A stretch of DNA of 43,115 nucleotides from Fidelibacterota bacterium (GTDB lineage Bacteria; Fidelibacterota; Marinisomatia; Marinisomatales; UBA2128), in the NCBI GenBank assembly GCA_046861645.1, contig JBHHUM010000012.1, forward strand, positions 1 to 43,115, read 5' to 3'. The notes under the pieces were generated by a model, which made no database searches, was not told the DNA's origin, and was given only the letters and a program-made list of their open reading frames with translations. The position numbers and the translations under genes are program-made. Below are positions 40,198 through 43,115 of the stretch, in pieces (the stretch's first letter is position 1; each line of letters starts with the position of its first letter).

Positions 40198-40824
40198 ATG
40201 AGACGGCTGATTACGCTACTGATAATACTACCTGGACTGGTCTTAGCACAGGATCAGGTTGAGACCGTGGGTGTTCCAGAAACAGTAGAAAACGGTGTTG
40301 AAGATATTGGTCTTCAACCTGGAGATGAGGCTCCCAAGTTTGCCCTACGTACTACCACCGGAGATTACGAATTGCTGAGCAAATGGTGTGGTGAAAAACT
40401 GTCTCGTCCGGCTTCGCAGCCCATTCGTCATGTGGTTATAGTGAGCTTCTTTGCCACGTGGTGTCAACCGTGCATGAAAGAATTACCTCATTTACAAAAT
40501 TTATACGAAAAGTACCAGGATCAGGATGTCAAATTCTTTCTCATCGATATCACTGAAGCAACCCGTAGTGTGGAGGGTTATGAAGATTCTCCAAAAGCCG
40601 GGCCTTTTCTGGCCAAGAAAGGCATTACTATTCCTACCTTAATAGATGTGTACGGAATGGCCAAGAAGAACTATGGTGCCACTACACTGCCGCGTTTGTT
40701 TGTTGTAGATAAGAGGCGTAAAATTCGCCTTCATAAAGCCGGGTTTCATGAGGGAGAGGATTTTGAAGGAGAGCTGTCCGTCCTGATTGACCAGTTGCTG
40801 GCTGAAAGTATGGAGGAACAGTAG
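40198..40824 (+). CDS. TlpA-family thiol-disulfide oxidoreductase, secreted
   Basis: AGGAGG SD; signal peptide; FFATWCQPCMKELP, cis-Pro LP loop. Confidence 0.9.
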   Translation: MRRLITLLIILPGLVLAQDQVETVGVPETVENGVEDIGLQPGDEAPKFALRTTTGDYELLSKWCGEKLSRPASQPIRHVVIVSFFATWCQPCMKELPHLQNLYEKYQDQDVKFFLIDITEATRSVEGYEDSPKAGPFLAKKGITIPTLIDVYGMAKKNYGATTLPRLFVVDKRRKIRLHKAGFHEGEDFEGELSVLIDQLLAESMEEQ

Positions 40825-40844
40825 TAGTGGCAGTGACAGTAGCA
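40819..40844. repeat. Left hexamer array flanking the four-helix-bundle gene
   Basis: CAGTAG TAGTGG CAGTGA CAGTAG CA; 40822-40834 matches the reverse complement of 41284-41296 at 12/13. Confidence 0.7.
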
Positions 40845-40888
40845 AGAGGTCATAGGTGAATGGTAGTTCCAAGAGCTAAAAGGACAAG

Positions 40889-41272
40889 ATGGCATATGAG
40901 TTAGCCATGGAAATTTTTCATCTTTCCAAATTCTTTCCTGAACAGGAAAAGTATTCCTTAACCAGTCAAATTAGAAACTCGTCAAGATCCGTCTGTTCAA
41001 ACATTGCTGAGGGGTATAGGAAGAGGAGATATCCGAAACATTTTACATCTAAAATGACCGATGCTGATGGAGAAGCGAGTGAAACTCTCGTATGGTTGGA
41101 TTTCGCCAGAGATTGCGGTTACGTCTCAACGAACATCAACAAATCGGTAACGGAAAAGTATGAAGAAGTCGGGAAGATGTTAGGCAGTATGGCAGACAAT
41201 CCAGAGCGTTTCCTCCCGAAAGGTTACAAAGTCTCGGAAGAACTGTTGTCTTACGGCGGTGATATTAAGTGA
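40889..41272 (+). CDS. Four helix bundle protein (23S rRNA intervening-sequence protein family), 5' end degenerate
   Basis: FPEQEKYSLTSQIRNSSRSVCSNIAEGY, GEASET..WL, GY motifs. Confidence 0.9.
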   Translation: MAYELAMEIFHLSKFFPEQEKYSLTSQIRNSSRSVCSNIAEGYRKRRYPKHFTSKMTDADGEASETLVWLDFARDCGYVSTNINKSVTEKYEEVGKMLGSMADNPERFLPKGYKVSEELLSYGGDIK

Positions 41273-41283
41273 GCTGGTTTTGG

Positions 41284-41348
41284 ACTGCCACTGCTATCCT
41301 GGTGAAATACGCTTCGCATTTCACGGGGCAAGCTGCTGCTGCAGACTG
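41284..41348. repeat. Right hexamer array interrupted by a 36-bp hairpin insertion
   Basis: ACTGCC ACTGCT A[41297-41332]CTGCT GCTGCA GACTG; the insert contains GTGAAAT/ATTTCAC stem. Confidence 0.7.
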
Positions 41349-41408
41349 AAGTATGTATCTTGGCGCACACATTATATTCATATAAACAGATAAATTAAGG
41401 AGCTAACT

Positions 41409-42134
41409 ATGGAAAAACCGTGGATTAAACCGATATCGTTTTTGCTGTTGATTTCAATGGCATTATGGCTGCCGGCCAATGCTTTGGCACAGAACGGGGG
41501 AGTTACTGAAACCCTGCATGGGGGAGGGGAACTGGCAATAGCGATTCTAGACCTGGAAGGTCGCGGTATCTCCGAACTGGAAGCCCAGACACTCACCGAT
41601 CGCATGCGTTCCGAGCTAGTCAACACTGGGGCTGTAACTATCGTGGAGCGGAGCCAGATGCAGGAGATTTTAGAGGAGCAGGGCTTTCAGCAGACGGGCT
41701 GTACTTCCGATGAGTGTGCTGTGGAAGTTGGTAAACTGTTGGGTGTGGAGAACATGGTAACCGGCTCTATAGGGAAGATCGGTTCCAGCTATACCCTTGA
41801 CGTCCGCATGTTCAAGGTCGAGACGGGAGCCATCCTGAAGACGGTGAATCGTACTTACCGGGGTGAAGTAGACGGTCTTATTACAGAGATAGAACGGCTG
41901 GCGTGGGATATTGTGGACATGACGCCACCTGCCGGTAGATTTTTGGATGAGACATTACCAGTAGCAGCTGCCCCTGCTGCTGCACCGGCGCCGGAAAAGA
42001 AGAAAAGCAAAGCGCTACTCTGGATTGGTCTCGGACTGGCGGCTGCCGGAGCGGGAGCCTACCTGGCTCTTGGTGCAGGTGAAGAACCGGTGCCAACTAT
42101 TGGTACGCCGCCGGATTTTCCGCCGGTGCCGTAG
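41409..42134 (+). CDS. Secreted CsgG/HfaB-like protein with C-terminal TM and Pro-rich tail
   Basis: AAGGAG SD; signal peptide; IVERSQM.EILEEQGFQQTGC...CAVEVGKLLGV; C-terminal hydrophobic helix and PPDFPPVP. Confidence 0.8.
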   Translation: MEKPWIKPISFLLLISMALWLPANALAQNGGVTETLHGGGELAIAILDLEGRGISELEAQTLTDRMRSELVNTGAVTIVERSQMQEILEEQGFQQTGCTSDECAVEVGKLLGVENMVTGSIGKIGSSYTLDVRMFKVETGAILKTVNRTYRGEVDGLITEIERLAWDIVDMTPPAGRFLDETLPVAAAPAAAPAPEKKKSKALLWIGLGLAAAGAGAYLALGAGEEPVPTIGTPPDFPPVP

Positions 42135-42141
42135 AGAAAAA

Positions 42142-42260
42142 GTCTGAACCTTGATTAATAGGATTAAACGATTAGCATGATTAAAAAAATCCCTGCCCGC
42201 AGTCTTTTCTTGGCGGGAAGAAAATCAGGTAAATCAAGCGAATCAAGGTTCAGACAATAT
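42142..42260. repeat. Palindromic direct repeat, copy 1
   Basis: 15-bp perfect terminal IR GTCTGAACCTTGATT (42142-42156)/AATCAAGGTTCAGAC (42241-42255); 42146-42260 matches 42688-42802 at 113/115. Confidence 0.95.
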
Positions 42261-42280
42261 AAAGGATAAGACGATAAAAA

Positions 42281-42688
42281 TTGAAATACGAAGATATTAC
42301 TAAACGCATCATCGGTGCCGCCATGAAAGTGCATAGTACTTTAGGCAATGGTTTCCAAGAAGTCATTTACCAGCGGGCTATGGCACTTGAAATGCCTTAT
42401 TTTGATCTATCCTTTATTCGTGAAATGGAAATGCCTATTAACTGCAGAGATCAGCAAATTGGAACCAGAAGAGTTGATTTTTTTGTTAAAGAATGTATCC
42501 CAACTGAATTAAAAGCCATTATCAAATTAGAAGACGTACACTTAGCTCAAGCTATGAATTACTTAGAAGCATTCAATTTGGAAGTAGGATTGCTCATTAA
42601 CTTCGGGGCAAAAAGCCTGGAATTTAAGAGGGTACATAATAATAGTTTGGACCCAGATGCTAAGGATTATGATGATGAGAAAAATTAG
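42281..42688 (+). CDS. GxxExxY protein (PD-(D/E)XK nuclease-fold family)
   Basis: IIGAAMKVHSTLGNGFQEVIYQ, RVDFFV...ELKA, QAMNYL, GLLINFG; TTG start. Confidence 0.92.
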   Translation: MKYEDITKRIIGAAMKVHSTLGNGFQEVIYQRAMALEMPYFDLSFIREMEMPINCRDQQIGTRRVDFFVKECIPTELKAIIKLEDVHLAQAMNYLEAFNLEVGLLINFGAKSLEFKRVHNNSLDPDAKDYDDEKN

Positions 42689-42802
42689 AACCCTGATTAA
42701 TAGGATTAAACGATTAGCATGATTAAAAAAATCCCTGCCCGCTGTCTTTTCTTGGCGGGAAGAAAATCAGGTAAATCAAGCGAATCAAGGTTCAGACAAT
42801 AT
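42688..42802. repeat. Palindromic direct repeat, copy 2
   Basis: 542 bp downstream of copy 1; two substitutions; begins inside the GxxExxY stop codon. Confidence 0.95.
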
Positions 42803-42830
42803 TAACAACTACTAATTAAGAAGGCTAATT

Positions 42831-43115
42831 ATGAAAAAATCGCTAATTAATAGAACCTTCAAGGTTTCCAAAACCTTGAAGGTTTTTCTGCTACTCACCG
42901 CCATGAGCCAAATAGGTGTGGCACAGAACTACTCCCTAAGTTTTGATGGAAGTGATGATTATGTGGATTGTGGCAATTCTGCTGATTTCAATGTTGTAGA
43001 TGAGTTAACTATTTCTGTATGGATAAAGCCTAATGAAATAAAAAATGCTTCAATAGTTGATAGGTTACCTTACTCTGGAGACAATGGCTATCGTTTGAAT
43101 ACTAGGAGTGATGGT
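42831..43115 (+). CDS. Secreted LamG/concanavalin-like domain protein (truncated by window end)
   Basis: Open frame MKKSLINRTFKVSKTLKVFLLLTAMSQIGVAQNYSLSFDGSDDYVDCG...LTISVWIKP; not in the ORF track because it has no stop in the window. Confidence 0.85.
   Translation, partial: MKKSLINRTFKVSKTLKVFLLLTAMSQIGVAQNYSLSFDGSDDYVDCGNSADFNVVDELTISVWIKPNEIKNASIVDRLPYSGDNGYRLNTRSDG
42854..42884. repeat. 31-bp double palindrome inside signal-peptide coding sequence
   Basis: AACCTTCAAGGTTT-CCA-AAACCTTGAAGGTT; 14-bp perfect IR, each arm itself self-complementary. Confidence 0.9.

Noticed and set aside
40889..41272. Avd of a diversity-generating retroelement, or a 23S rRNA IVS
   Set aside because: No reverse transcriptase, no TR/VR pair and no rRNA sequence in the window.
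42146..42802. CRISPR array, IS element or integron attC cassette
   Set aside because: Only two 115-bp repeats around a whole gene; no cas, transposase or integrase; the hairpin ends (TCTGAAC/GTTCAGA) do not fit RYYYAAC/GTTRRRY.

Overview
Bacterial genomic window, gene-dense on both strands. The gene content (lipoproteins, an outer-membrane barrel, CsgG-like and LamG secreted proteins) indicates a diderm. An FCB-group/Marinimicrobia-like origin is my impression only and is not provable here. No rRNA, tRNA, CRISPR array, integrase or transposase was seen. Housekeeping and metabolic blocks: MATE/thioesterase, pcm, a 4-subunit 2-oxoacid:ferredoxin oxidoreductase operon, pncA/pncB NAD salvage, an ABC-2 exporter, ligA and a tetraheme cytochrome c. 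The most interesting parts are: (1) a 9-gene convergent cluster (17151-26331) with ribA, reductase-only ribD, Zn-type dehydrogenase, non-canonical PTPS/QueD, GT4, three methyltransferase domains, an LtaS/sulfatase-fold membrane enzyme and a CDP-alcohol phosphatidyltransferase, which suggests a GTP-derived, possibly lipid-linked product of unknown structure; (2) a probable bacterial ceramide module (bCerS-like GNAT, CerR-like reductase, AUR1/IPC-synthase-like PAP2) preceded by a ~135-nt rod-like structured RNA candidate; (3) a set of small palindrome-bounded gene cassettes and nested hairpin elements. These include a GxxExxY nuclease-fold gene between two near-identical 115-bp palindromic direct repeats, a four-helix-bundle (23S-IVP-like) gene inside inverted hexamer arrays, and short hairpins inserted into each other and into a signal peptide. 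Several genes also appear to be transcribed as leaderless mRNAs. All protein calls come from motif recognition by eye, with no database searches.
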